In this document: piece by piece, positions 46,793 through 60,422 of the stretch
Numbering within the stretch: the stretch's first letter is position 1
Layout: the number at the start of each line of letters is the position of its first letter
From: Takakia lepidozioides
Taxonomy: Eukaryota > Plantae > Bryophyta
DNA length: 64,000 nt
Direction of reading: 5' to 3'
Assembly (NCBI GenBank): GCA_030704615.1
Contig: CM060731.1
Location: 43,958,001 to 44,022,000 of the forward strand
Translations under genes and position numbers: made by a program
The notes under the pieces: generated by a model
What the model was told of the DNA's origin: nothing
What the model saw: only the letters and a program-made list of their open reading frames with translations
Database searches by the model: none

Positions 46793-48165
46793 ATGGTGTT
46801 ATTCAAGAACAGGTACCTGGTGTTGGAGATGGTATGGCATGGGCACAAATGGGTGAATGCTACTCTCAGTCCTGCCGTTGTGACCAGCGCTATACATGAG
46901 AGCCTCCTCTTGAATTTTGGCGAGCACGGCCTTGCTTCTTGCGTGCCTTCTCTGCAAGGTTGGTTTCTCTCACCCCCCCTCCCCCTCGAGATCATCGGAT
47001 GTGGGGATGTATGGCAGATTCAGACTGATATTGTGAGAAATCTGGCGGGATAATATTCAATTGGGTTCATACCGCAATGTCAAAGCATCTGTGGCATAGA
47101 AAGAGGATCGCCTTCACAATTCTCTGTTTGAGGGGAGACGCTAACGGTTTGATCTACGTATCTGTCTGTTGTGTCTATCCTACCTGTTGCTTTATTACCA
47201 ACGCCAGTGTAAAGACAGAAGTCATCTAGATTGTTTCCTCTCTAGCAAGTTGACCATGTAAACAGTAGGAGGCAAGAAAGCAGTGGTTGTTGACTGTGTT
47301 CTACACCAGTGCTGATTCTCTGAATGGTGTTGGAATTATGACACAATCATCAGAAAAGTAAGCGTTTTTGCATTGCAGAGCGTGCATATGCTATATGGAC
47401 CTCCTCCTGCTAGATCCTTTCTCCTATCATGCCTTGTTCCGTATCCAAGCCTCTTCCCCTTTGTGCAAGGACTTATTACCCCACAGCCCCTTCTCCCCCC
47501 TAGTCATTCTTCTTCGTGGAGGGTTTGGATTTCTCTCCCCATTTCCACTTTTGGTAGATGATGTTTGGTTTAACCTCTGGTGGATTTTGTCCAACGCTGA
47601 AAGGGGTGGAATGGCAGTGAAGTATGTGAATGCTGGGACAGGTGTGTGTATAGTGCGGTGCAGCAGGCAGCAATACCATATGGTTTGGGCGGCAATCACC
47701 TTCATCACCCACATTCGCAACCTCCCAGTATTATTCAACCTCCTGGATCTCAGTGGTGAGTGGAGAGACTGAACGTTTACTCCCGTGGGAGTACATATTT
47801 ACTACCAGAAACTATTGTCCTTAGAGGGCACCCTCCTTGCACAGATACTAACTCGCGGTATCATTGGTTGTTGAAATGTTTCCAAATGCATCTGAGGAAA
47901 AGGTTGAAGAGGGCAAATCCAACATTATCTTCTGTGTTAAAAGTTCAGGGTTGCACTTTTCAGGTCATCCGGTCTTATTTGGAATACTGAGCTGGTACCT
48001 CAATGTTACATCACAGGCAGCATAGGAGCATGTCGGAGGGCGTCTATGCAGTATGATACAGAAAAATTAAGGCAGCTGAAGTTGAATACTGACACTCCAC
48101 TCCTGAAAGAGCAGTTGGAGCTTGCTGAGCCCAAGCTAAGCAGACTCGCTTACCTGGAGGGATAG
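46793..48165 (+). CDS. POP5: RNase P/MRP subunit POP5 (Rpp14/Pop5 family), 3 exons: 46793-46958, ~47618-47755, 48017-48165
   Basis: MVLFKNRYL, AIHESLLLNFGEHGLAS..SLQVKYVN..TGVCIVRCSR...MVWAAITFI, NLLDLSGSIGAC. Confidence 0.94.
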
Positions 48166-49130
48166 TGTGACATGGACATGCTGCTTAACAAGCTTTGGAC
48201 GAGGCACTTTTCCACTTGAGACTTGCAGTTGTTGCCCAAGCTAGCTTTAGCTCAGGTTCTTGGCCCTATCATGTGATGGGGAGTATTGAGCATTCAAAAA
48301 TTCTCATCATGAAAAGAGACCATCGGTGTATTTGCAAGGTGAATGGATGAGAATCCCCGGATCTAATGTGGGCAAGACACATTTGATCAACGGATCCAGA
48401 GACGGATTTTGAACAGTGACCAAAAAGACCTTGGTGATTCACCCACACAGAACACACCCAATCGAACATGGACAGAAGGTTGGGGTGCTGCTCAGCAGAA
48501 AACCTGGCACACCCTCCAGGCAATTCTTAGGTGAGGGGGAGGGAATGGGAATGGTTTCGGCAGGAATCCAATGATCCTAGGCTTTGGTTGTCTTCCTGCC
48601 AGAGGGCAGCAGCGAGGTTAGATGGAGCCCTGATGGCTGCACAGAGCTATTTCAAAGTGCCAATCCCACTCTCTTTCCTCACAAGGAGCAGAGACCGTGA
48701 TGGGGTTCTGCTGAGAAATACTTTTCAGATTTTTATCCTCACTGTATGGATTGTTACAGTAGTACAGATATGCATACCCTTTTGTTCCACTAACAGTAAA
48801 TGGACACTTTAATGTTGATCATCCTGATGCTTGTTCCTTGGTGGTGTTTTATTCAAGTCATCCACATTTTGTTGTTGGTTGTCTACTATGAGTGCCTTGT
48901 TGCTAATGTGGTCCAGCTTTCTTTCTCTTCTCCTTTCCTTGAAGGTCCCTCTAACATTATATTCGACGGCAAGCTGCTTTAGTAGTGTGTCCTGAGCCTA
49001 GCATTAATCAAGTACAGTAAGCTGACATTTGTAGCTCACAAATATGCAGCTAACCTAGAGAAGGCGGTGAAACCATTCTGTGCCGAGATGAGCTTCTGTA
49101 GGACCACATAGAGGAGGATAAGATCTGGTC

Positions 49131-49953
49131 CAGTGTTGAACTGGTATACTGGTAAGAAACTGGTTTTAATGCTAGTATATATACTGGTATGAAGTAACAG
49201 ACCAGTCGGTATCAGCTAGCGCCACTACCTAGCATATACTTGTATTGGCCCGATATTATTCTCTGGGCGGTATCCTGCCAGCCTGGTAGGTGGTTGAAAT
49301 TTTTGGTACCTGATACCAGTATCAGATCCATTTTGTAAGGAAAAACATAGAGGCTATTCTTGTGGACAAAGCGCCAGCTCTGGTATTGTCACCTCTTACC
49401 TCACCCCTTCATTACTCTTGGAAATCGAATTACAAGCAGCTCGATACTTTAAGAATAGATTCAGTGAGAAGCATGCTTTTGTACACATTTTTAATGTAGT
49501 ATGAGAACTGGGACTACTCTCATACTAGAGTTGGGAAGACTTCCCAGATTAACTCCATTTAGTTGTTCCTTCTTGTTTACCAGTTAACTTAGTTGTGCTT
49601 TTGTACTTGGCCACTGTTAGAGGATCACTAGTTGCAAATGTTTTGAACCATGAAATATATTTTACTTGTACTTACCAATATGAAAGGGCCTCCATATGCT
49701 TGTTACTATCTTTCAAGTGCACAAAGCAATATCAATATGTAGTGAGTTCTTTTCTATACCAGACCAGCATTGATAATGCGCTGGTCTCAGTTTTTCAAAA
49801 CTCTTGCTATTGATACCAGTAAAACACCACACAATAATGTCTTATTGACACCACCATGCAAGTATTCAAGTATCAGATTCTTCCCAATACCAGTGCTTCG
49901 CTGCTATAGCAACCCGACCAAGGCCTTCAAAATACAATACAAGTACAACACTG
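49131..49953. mobile_element. Non-autonomous hAT-type element (MITE), 823 bp
   Basis: TIRs CAGTGTTGAACTGGTAT / ATACAAGTACAACACTG. Flanking 8-mers ATCTGGTC (49123-49130) and ATCTGCCC (49954-49961) match at 6/8, consistent with a TSD. Many subterminal CTGGTA/TACCAG motifs. Confidence 0.75.
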
Positions 49954-50212
49954 ATCTGCCCCACTAACAGAAGTTGACAGATTGTGAGTTTGGTCCATGT
50001 AGTGTAACACTGCCTGGCAACAGAGAGAAGTGAGGGAATACAGAAAGAGGGGAGGATTGTTGTACTGCAAAGTCTGAATGTGCAATCAAAAGCATCGGTG
50101 GGGCGCACAGAGTCCTTGATATCCGTCCTGGATGCACTCTGCAACGATGTGAATGGCAACAATGCAAAGATCAGGGCACCCAATAGACCGGTCCTCCCCT
50201 GCCTCGCTTTTC

Positions 50213-50323
50213 CTTGTAGAGAAAGCACCACAAGAATCACGGCCGTGCTTGTCAAAGTTCAAGAGGAGGCTCTCATGTATAGCGCTGGTCACAACGGCAG
50301 GACTAAGAGAAGCATTCAACCAT
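50213..50323 (-). pseudogene. Inverted partial copy of POP5 exon 1
   Basis: The reverse complement matches 46849-46958 (SPAVVTSAIHESLLLNF) with scattered substitutions. Confidence 0.9.
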
Positions 50324-50597
50324 CGTCTCCTCATCACATACTAGTAACAGAAGGCAGGGCTCCTGCGCGTTACTCCGACCTCGGCAGACACGACAATGGC
50401 CGGCGCAGAAAGCGGCTGTCCAGCTGACATTCTCTGAGGTGGGATTGAGGAGAAAAGTGGGGTAGGTAGTGGTGAAGGAGTGGCATGGGAGTGGTGGCCT
50501 GAGTTGGCAGTGACAGGGAGGAGGGTGGTGGAGAGTAGTGGGGTACCGTTTGTGGGTTTGATAGTTTGGAGTAGAAAGACGAGGGGAAGGGGTAGTC

Positions 50598-53500
50598 ATG
50601 GCGAGTGTCATGTCTGGGCTTATGCATTCGAGGAATTCTGGACTTTTTTCGTTTCGTGGATGCGTCCTGGGTCGTGCCTCTAGATTCCAGCTGTATAATC
50701 GGTATGGTATGAGCTCCCAAGCTGGACATGTTCCTGTGTTGGAAGAGAAGAGATCAGAGGGTGAATTGGAGCGTGGTCAGCTCGAAGCTCTAGATGCGTC
50801 CTTTCCCACCTATATGGTATGGGGGGCCAACACAGGCGTTGGGAAGACGCTCGTCTCTGCAGGTGGGTGTTGTCTCATTGCATCTTCTGTTTCCGGTGAA
50901 GTAAAAAACAATGCAGGATGCAGAATTGGTGAGGGGTTATCTTCTTCTTCTACAAGGTAGATTATGCGCTTCTAGTTCGATCATTTTCACGTCGCAAGCT
51001 TTTGAAATCATACCGACGGGCTTCACGACATGGGGGCTCCTGGCAATGGATGTTATTATGCACGGTGGCTTCTTTGCAACAATTATGGAAGTCGGATGTA
51101 AAGGAATGAAGCACAGTCACAGACTTGAGTTGTGTCTTCTTGTCAGTGAGAGTAATGGAATGCTCAATTTTCTATCTGTGGGCGTGCAATTTCTTGGGGC
51201 AGGTTTAGCAGCGGCAGTTGTTTATCAACAATTCTCCGGCCCAAAGCATCAATCTGAAAAGGGTCTGGGGTTTAAAGCGGAGGACCCGACTGAGCGACCT
51301 ATGGGGGCCAGAGATGTTCTATATTTGAAGCCCGTGCAAACAGGATATCCCGTCGATTCAGACGCCCGCGCTGTCTTTCAGGAGGTCTCTCGCATGGGCA
51401 GACTTCGTCCCCAAGCCATCCCCGACGGCTTGTTTGTCTGTAATCACACGCTCCAGGTCTCCCCTGCTGTTCGGAAATGTGTCCAAGCAGTCAGTTCACT
51501 TACTTCTGCCAACTCTGAGTGGAGCAAGCCTTCATCAGGAGCAGATTCGACAGGTTTGGGCTGGAAAAGGCAAAGTACCCTCCATGAAATGCAAGGTCTT
51601 GTGGTCGTAGGTGGCTTCAGACTGATAAACCCTTGGCCTAAACTCAAGGTTGGGAGGAATGATGCCTTCCTTAAGTAGGAGGAGGAGGATAACATTTAAG
51701 ACAGGCCTATGGGACGTAAAGAGAGAGATAGATCGAAGAACAAGGAATGAAATTTCCGTTGCTTGCAGGAGGCCCAAGGGATACACTAGAAATACAGCAG
51801 AGCCACAGAAATCAAAGAACCAAAGAACAACAGAGATGAAAATGTACTTTATAACATGCATGCAAAGTTCAATGAGCTTAAGGGACAAGAGAAAGCATGG
51901 AACAAGAGAGTGGGGCCCTCAACAAGAATTGAAAGGAAGAAAGAATGTACTCAAAAGATGTTGTTTGCCATAGACTTGTGGCTATTGACCCCGTGCCCAG
52001 TTTGGGCGGAACAAGAGGGAGCAGATGCTACCTTGGGAGGGGCTCACTCCAGTAGTGGGCTGAACTTTGATATAAACAATTTGGTCAGGCTTTCCAGATT
52101 TCCTCTAGAAAGCCCTTCACACAAGCATCAATCTGCTGTGTGTGAGCTGCCCGACAGTTAGACCCCAGGGCTTTAGGTTCAGCCTCTTTTTAAAAGTTGT
52201 TGAACAGAGGTGCAGGGACTGTGTTGACAATGTTCCTGAAGTGGGTCACTCTCTGATGAGAGTACCCCGCACATTCTATCAGAAAATGTCTACTGTCTTC
52301 AGGATGACACACATCGGGCATTGACAATCCCCCTTTCCTCTCTGCGTCTGTTTTTTGTTCTAAGGTAGACTCCCTGCCCTGCGTTTATATTTCAGTCTTG
52401 TGCCGAGGGTAGGCAGGCTTACAGGGAAAGAACAAAAGAAAGAGAGACAAAACCTTTGAAATGTCCAGTGAAGAAAGAGAAATGAAATGAAATGGTGCTT
52501 TATAACATCCGCAGAAAGAGAGAAATTTTTTTGAGCTTCCATGGGGCCAATGTTGGGGATGCAGGAATGAAGGACCTCTGCAGCTACGAGTGCCAGATGC
52601 TGCCAGGCATTGAGGCTGAGGAGCACCACAGGGTTTCTTCTTGGAAAAACGTAGACCTCGTGTTCTCAAAGAGAGAGGTAGATGGTGTTAGACATGTAGA
52701 TAGTGAAAGGCCATTGTCATCACACCTCACCTGTAAGACAATGTGGTCATGGTTCGATCCTGTCTCCCCCCACCTTGCCGCTGCAAAGGAGGGGTCTACA
52801 GTCACTGATGTATTAGTGCTGCAGTCACTCCAAAATGCCCTGGGAAATTTCAGCTGTGAGGGTCAGGAGGGAGTTCAGAAGGAGAGGGACAGAGGTGGAA
52901 GTGGGATGACGAAGTGGGCAATTGTAGAGACTGCGGGTGGAGTAGCCAGCCCTGGACCATCTGGAACCCTCCAATGTGACCTCTATAGGTAAGAGTTTAC
53001 CCCAGTAATTTGGCTCATAGTATTTGGACCATCTGAAGCCCTGTATATGTGAGCAATTTGTATCCCTCCTACCATGATTGGCTCGAAGCTCGGTGAATTG
53101 TTGAAAGTAGTAGAGCAATTCTTAGTGGAATGTTGGGCCACAGAGATGGATGCCTCTACTTTCAAATGCTGAAAAATGGATTCTCTTGGTCTATTGGTTA
53201 TTACAGGCCACTCAGATTGCCAGGTGTGCTAGTTGGCGACGGGAAACTCGGGGGCATCTCAACTACGATAACCTCCTATGAAAGCCTGCACTTGCGTGGA
53301 TATGACGTACTTGCAATTGTACTGGTGGATTCAGGGCTGGGGAATGACAAGTCTTTGCTTGAATACCTGCAACAGAAGTAAGCACTAGGCACCTTTCTGG
53401 TATATTAGGTGACTCTAATGAAGCTGAACTGGAGCAGATTGGACAGTGCATCTTGCTGCATTCTAATATAACCTACAGTTTCAAGGGATATTGATCATTT

Positions 53501-56500
53501 CAAAAAAATTGTCTCTATCTCAGGGTGCCATTGCTTGTCCTGCCCCCTCTGCCTCAAGATCCTACTGAGAACCTTATGGAGTGGTTCTCTATGTCAGAAG
53601 CTTTGTTTGCTGAGTTGCGTGACACGTTGGAAATTGCCCACCTTAAGAGGATAGAGAGGCTGGAGGAGATGCCCAGAAAGGCAAGTGAGATTCTATGGTG
53701 GCCGTTCACACAACACTCCCTTGTTGCAGAGGAGGCTATTACGGTCATTGATTCACGGTCTGGGGAAAATTTTGCTGTGTACAAGGTGTGTTCGTGTGTC
53801 ACCTATCTCCCTTGGTTCACTTTTGACAACCAAAGATCTTCTGGACTTGGCACATGAGCTTAAATCAGGCCACATTGTCGGTTTATCCATCTAAGCGTTG
53901 ATTGCACTGAGTACAGGAGAATAAGTTCAGCTTTGTGACCACACATCAAGGTCCCAGCAGAGTTGCCTGGATTGCATTCAAAAGTAGACTTTTTAGGCTA
54001 GTGAACTTCCATGTTACTTGATATATACTACTACGTAGCAGTTCATGGAGAATCAACACAAGCTGTTGTGGAAGTTTTATATTGACAATTTGTGGACTAT
54101 TTTCTGAATCTGGAGATTGAAATATGGAGAACTATAGGGTGGCAGTGAGGGCCAGAGAGATGTGATAAAGCCACAGTTTGATGCATGTGCGAGCTGGTGG
54201 ACGCAGGGACCTGACACTACCCTCCAGGTAGACCTGAGTCCATTCTTTCTACCTTAGTGACTGTTCAAGCGTTGTGTCCCCCATCCTTTTTCATGTTGCT
54301 CTTGCTCCTCAACCCTTCTGGACTTGCCTTTAGCTAAAATAGAATACTGGTGATGGCTGAACTTATGAGCTCTTTGGGGGTTATTTTAAAACTAGAACTG
54401 CAATGCTGGTGATGGTTGTACATTTGGGGCAGATTGTGCAATGAGGCCTCTATGGAATTTTACCCTTCACCGTGGTCTGAATTTTACCAGTTGGTTGGCC
54501 ATAATTTCAGCCAGAGCTCGCCAGAGAAGCAGCATACACGGCAGGGAGGTATGGCCATGTCATGTTCCCTGAAAACGTGCATGAGCCTGCCCTTCGCTGT
54601 GCTGAACTCCTCCTCCAAGGTGTAGGACGAGGTAGCCACTCCCTCTCTTGTAGTTCCACTTCGCCCATTGGACCATGAATTCCACTTTTTAATTGTGTTT
54701 TCTTGCCCACTGGCTGTGTTTGTTGGTTCAGACACATTACTTGGTCGGTCCATTAGCAAGTCATGTATATGCCTATGTCTGCTGGCATATTCATAGCATG
54801 TGACACTACAGTTTATGGTTGATTTGTATGTTCACATGTTTTGGTCTCCCATATCAGTTGTCTGCTTAATGCATCTGGGATGTTTGGAACTCAGTAGCGC
54901 AGTTGTGATAATTTCCTATGTTGAATTTTATGCGGAGGCAGGGTGGGCAGACCGAGTCTACTATTCAGACAATGGGTCGACCGCAATAGAGATTGCCATC
55001 AAAATGGCTTTTCGCAAATTCTCCAACGACCATGGTCTGCATGTTCCATCTCCTAGCCCTGAGCGCCAGTTCAAGGTGACTATTTCACTTTGCATTACTA
55101 CAAGAGGTCGGATTCTGATAGAAGTGAACTGAAAAACTGTGCGGGAAGGAAATGAAATGAAATGGTACTTTGTAACGTCCCCAGGAAGCTCAAAGAGCTT
55201 ATGGGACAAGAGGAAAGAAACAGGAAAGAGAGAGGGGCCACAAACAGCCCAAAAGTAACTAAAGCTCAAGGGATTGTCTAAGAGTCAAGGGTTCATGCAC
55301 GCACGCTGCCAAGCATTTCTCCCTCGTAATGGAAAACCTCTGTGAGAGATTGGCTATCCCGGAACAGACAGTTGAATCTCCCGAGGAAAGAAACAAAAGA
55401 GAAATTACAGAAATGAAGAAAAAGATAGAAAGGGGGGGACAATCAAGGCCCTTAGGCTGTTGGTCAAGCCCCGGTGGTACTACAGATGTTCTAACTCATC
55501 CCAAGGTTATCACCAGAAAACTTGGATCACTTATCTTTCACACTGTAACTGATGGGTGAGGAATGCAGGTGCTTGCTCTCAAAGGGTCGTATCATGGGGA
55601 CACACTGGGAGCCATGGAGGCACAGGCACCCTCTGCTTACACTGGTTTTCTACAACAACCTTGGTAGTTGCCAGGGTGCTATGGGGGAACTGGGGACTAA
55701 TGTCCTCTTTAATCTTTTCTTGCCATAGTCTTGAGTGAGACTGGAGAGAGTTGATGCATGTATTTTTTCTTTGCTTGTAGTGACCTTGTGGCCATAGACT
55801 TCTTGCTCAGTTAGAGAGCTGAAATTAAGGTAGAGGACCATCATGGAAGGCTTGCTTAAGTAGAGGGAGTCATGATCCTCTGCAAATAGCTTTATAAGAT
55901 TTTGCAACCTCCTCATAGTTTGAGCAGGGGAAGGCAGCTTTTGGATATTCCTTGAGTTCCATTTGTTTAGCAAAGGCTGACAAGCATCTCAGAGTAGGTT
56001 TCTGAAAGCTGCTCAGGTTTTGTGGCATTTTCCTTGGCCACGACCTCCCCCCCAAGTTGTAGCTCAAACTTTCATCCACCCATGATTTCACAGACTAGTT
56101 TGCTAGTGATAGAGCAGCAAATTTTTCTTTCAGTATTTGGTACCACCATCTCACCTTAGATTCCGTGCCTTCTCAGAATGAGGTGGGTGTCGTTCTCATG
56201 AGATCAGTCACATTGTTCTGGAGTAGGCTGAGATTATAATCTCAAGGGCAGCAAGCAGTATGGCTTCCAGTCTCTTTTATCATTTAGTTGCCCTCTCGTA
56301 CAGTGGGCCTGGACTCCAGCAGCATTTATTAATGCTTTACCAGAATTTTGCTGCTGTTGCAGGTATTCAGGGAGAGGCCTATTCTTGGAGCCGCCCACTG
56401 TGTTTCAGCAGAACAGCCGTTGGCACTTGCATTTACCAGAGGCCTATCTCAGCACTAACAACATTGATGTGGCTCACAGTACGTTTGCCTCACAATTTCA

Positions 56501-59368
56501 ACCCATTGTACACCTCTTTTGACTTAAAATTGAAAATTTGTTCTTTTCAGCTACTTAAGAAACCATGACAATTACAAGGAAATATACATTATATATCCAT
56601 CCCTCGCAAATTAGGGTTTGCAGTGATTAAATCAGGGACTGTGTTGGGTGGGCTTGGTTGTTTGCTCTTGTGGATGAAGGCTGGAGATCAAGAGATGAAG
56701 TTTTTGACTTGAGCCGGGAGGCCACAACCCTCACCAAGGTCTACAGCACATTTATAGAGGAACAACTTTCATTATCTGCAGCTAAAGAGGAGACTACTTC
56801 CATAGCTGCCTTTATTACAGAGCCCGGTATGTGTCTATTCTACCAAATTTAACACAATTTCATGGAAAATGGATAGGAGGATGATACATGAGGTGCCCAG
56901 GCAGTGACATGTTCATCTCAGGAAGGTGGGGGCTAGAGAGTGGCTCGAAAAAAATGCCCACCCAGAGCACTTGAGACATGCTTTTGCAATATGTGTGGGC
57001 ATAGCTTACGGAGGAATGTATGAAAGCAACACGTCCTGCTGTTTTTGTACAATGTACTCCCATACATCAACGGCATATTCTTTTTCTTCCTCTTTGGACA
57101 TAGAGTCTAGCTAAACATTTGAGGCAATGGTTGGTTGGGTCATGGGTGGCAGTGATTCATGCAGCAGGAGGTATGGAGATGGTGGATCCTCTGTTCCAGC
57201 GCGTGCTTGTCCACAAATGTCGGCAGCAGCACATCCCTGTTATATTTGACGAAGTCTTTACTGGCTGCTGGAGGCTTGGTGCTGAGGTTCACCTGTATTG
57301 TTTTCTTGACCTTTGATCACACCTGAGTTTGTCAGGCTCTTTCACACATCTTCCGGAGTGTCTTTTGCCTTCAGACTTCTGACTCGAGGATGTGTTCCCA
57401 TATAATGACACATTGGATGTCTTGTTCTGACTGTGTGAATGTTAGCTGCATGTATGTCGATGTGCCCATGTGTGTATGTGCAGTTTAAACATGGTTGGAC
57501 TCTCCTGTATGCATGTTTGGTGAAGTCTTTGCCGAATCTGAGCAGTGTAGGCTTGGACTTCATGGGGACTGAACTCACTTGTTTGAACTCACTTGTTTCT
57601 GCTGCCAGTCTGCTATTGAATTATTGGGGTGCACGCCTGACATTGCATGCTATGCAAAACTCCTCACTGGAGGCCTGCTTCCACTAGCTGCAACTCTTGC
57701 CTCTCAGTCTGTATTTGATGTCTTCATCGGCCAATCAAAGGTCAGGAAACCCCTGGCGCTTCCAGCCGTGTTCTCCTCTCTCTTTATCTTTCTTTGATTT
57801 TTGGAAGTTTCAAGACAGACCAGTGGGGGCAGTTAAGGCAGAGTGCACTGCCATTTGCAGGTCAGTACCCTCACAAAGACTGATATACAGACACATGAAG
57901 TTAGTGCAATACATAGGAAGATGCTATACTTGGTAGACTTAAGGTAGCCTTGTGGTTATGTATCCCTTGCCAAGTTTTGATAAAGCAGGGGACAGGAGAG
58001 GCTGACGCACAAGTACGGATAGACAGTCTAAGGATAAGAGGCTAGGGAATGATTTGAACAGACAAGCACATTGAGAGGGATAGAGAGAGGTGGAAAAGCT
58101 AGGGTGAGACGAGACATATATGGACTTCTCTATCTTTGCTTGTCTTGACCTAGTGCTATGTGATGCTTGGGGAAGGAAACAGCTAGATGCTCTATTACAT
58201 GGGCATTCATACACAGCTCATGCCATGGGATGCGGCGCTGCGGTCACCACTATCCAGCACTTTTCTAATCCCTCACGGAATTTCAACCTTTTGCCGAACC
58301 AACGCCGGCTGAGGGAGGTGTGGATATGCCCCCTCTTTTTGGTAGAATAATGAATTTCAGTAGGTTGTTGAGAATCATGTGGCCGTGCCTGGTGGCCTCC
58401 AAGTGAAGCATATACTGTCAGTCTCCAGTTTACATCTGTATGAGATTGAGAGAGCCTGTTCTATCTGTTGATTTGATATGGAAGCTTTTGGTTGCATGTG
58501 CAGTTGTGGAGCCCAGAGTTAGTATCAGAAATTTCATCACATCATGCCGTGAAGAGAGTGGTATCTCTTGGGACCCTATTTTCCCTAGAGCTCCGGGCCA
58601 GTCCTTTGAACGCTGGGTATGTACATCTTTCCCTGAGAATGGGGTTGTGACAGTGATGCGTAAGAGAAGAGAGGAAAGGTTTGAGGGAGAACCACCAGTT
58701 TTCCTGTGCAGCAATTCTGCATGTTAAGCAAGTCCAGTCATGTGTTGGGAGCAACGACTCCGATAATGTACCTTATGTAGGAAAGCACCCCTCAACTTTT
58801 CCTTGTGTTCTCCTCCCGCCCCTTGTCATCTGTCAACTTCGTAAGCTAAAATGAGGATGTTGCATTGTTCCATGCCCAGAAGAGACTTGTGTGCTTTGGT
58901 TGAGTATGCAATATTAATGTGAAGCGTTGCCACAAGAAGATAAGACACAGGTTTTGGTAACTAGCTCTGCAACACACAAGGGCATGCTTTCTTCTTTGCA
59001 TTGGCATGTCACACAATCCAGGCCAGTTAATGGAATTCGGCATATCGACTCACACAAATGTACACAGGCTGGTGGTCGATCTTAACCATTATGATATTAG
59101 TAGCTTGACAAGTGCATGTTGCATTAACGCAATGCCAGAAAGTCTCATGCTAGGCGTGCTCATCTGAACTATCTCTCACATGTCTCTATGGATGAGAACT
59201 TTGTGCAGGTATGCATCTACGATGTCCAGAGAGCTCGTGGACAGGCTTCGATCCGATGGCATCTACACCCGACCACTAGGAAATGTGGTGTACCTCATGT
59301 GTGGGCCACTCACATCGCCTGAAACTTGCTCAGCTTTATTGCGCAAGTTGCTTGACCGGCTGGGTTAG
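50598..59368 (+). CDS. BIO3-BIO1: Bifunctional dethiobiotin synthetase / 7,8-diaminopelargonic acid aminotransferase (mitochondrial), multi-exon
   Basis: WGANTGVGKTLVSAG, YLKPVQTGYPVDSDAR, SPHLAA, VETAGGVASPGPSG, GDGKLGGIS, WWPFTQH, FDACASWWTQG, YGHVMFPENVHEPAL, YYSDNGSTAIEIAIKMA, GSYHGDTLG, IFDEVFTG, YAKLLTGG (PLP lysine), LLHGHSYTAH, RPLGNVVYLMCGP. Confidence 0.97.
51835..51920 (+). repeat. Dispersed repeat family copy in BIO3-BIO1 intron 2 (second copy at 52480-52540)
   Basis: GATGAAAATGTACTTTATAACATGC..AGCTTAAGGGACAAGAG..GGGGCC here, and GAAATGAAATGGTGCTTTATAACATCCGC at ~52485. Confidence 0.7.
55145..55245 (+). repeat. Dispersed repeat family copy in a BIO3-BIO1 intron
   Basis: GGAAATGAAATGAAATGGTACTTTGTAACGTCCCCAGGAAGCTCAAAGAGCTTATGGGACAAGAGGAAAG..GAGGGGCCA. 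Confidence 0.8.
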
Positions 59369-60422
59369 AGGTGAGTAGATGTTGCCTTAGCATCCCATGT
59401 TCAACAGACTTGACATCACATTTTCCAGTATTTCCAACTCTACATATTAGTGCACTGCACAATATCCAGTCTTAGGCAATGCGGCTCATAAGCATTCAAT
59501 GAACCCTGCTTGTCTCAGTTGTGTTGCACAGACTTCCTTGGACAGCATCTAGTAGGTATGACTGGAATTGGTACCCTATCGATGGGTTTCAAGGTTGATG
59601 TGTTGTGTGTACATTTTTTTTTTTGGGGGGGGGGGTGTTCCAGGTGGGAGTTCTGGACATTCTTGGAAGGTAGAGTATCTACAATTTGCCCAAAATTTGG
59701 GAGCCAGGATAATCTTGGACCTTTCATTATGCCAGCATTTTGGAATGTGGTAAACCAGATCAAAATTTGCTCCTCATAGCAAAAAGGAGTGTGACTCCAA
59801 TGTAGCTATGAGTTGTTGGTGCTACAAGGGCAATGTAGTTTTCATGTTCTGTAATGTACATGGAAGCTAAATGTGCAATGGTATCTGTTCCATATCCTTG
59901 TATCTGTTCCATATCCCACAAACCTTGCCAACACGTCTCACCTGAGCTTAATTCACCAGACGTCCAGGTGGAATCCCGGTTATCCTCTAATTCCTGGAAG
60001 CCGGTCACTGCCCTGTAGGCCTCTGCACTATCATCAAGACTGGGTTAAAACTTGGTCTTGATACTTTGAATGCAGGAGCAGGAATTGAGAAAACATAAAC
60101 CCCAAAAAGATCTGGGCCAGGCCACTCTGTCGAAAGATCACTACCTAGTTCCCAGAGTAACCTAATTCATTGTCTCCTTTAGATTTGTGCATTTTTCACA
60201 AGCCTTTTGAAGAGTATTCCACAACATAAACATTTGCATGGGTTTTATGTCCGGCGCAAGCTGTATAGTCCACTTTACTTGTTTGCTATACAGGTGGATT
60301 TTCCGGAATCATTATGTATTCCTTGCAGAAGCTGGCATTTTTTATAAATTAGTGAACAATTCTTTCAGTGATCGAGGAAAGACGGGCAATCAATCAATCC
60401 ACCACGCGTTCCCAGAAATAAG

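Noticed and set aside
50598-59368. BioD-BioA fusion as a novelty
   Set aside because: BIO3-BIO1 fusion is the normal state in plants and fungi. All expected exons were found, including LWSPELVSEIS at ~58504, which the ORF track misses.
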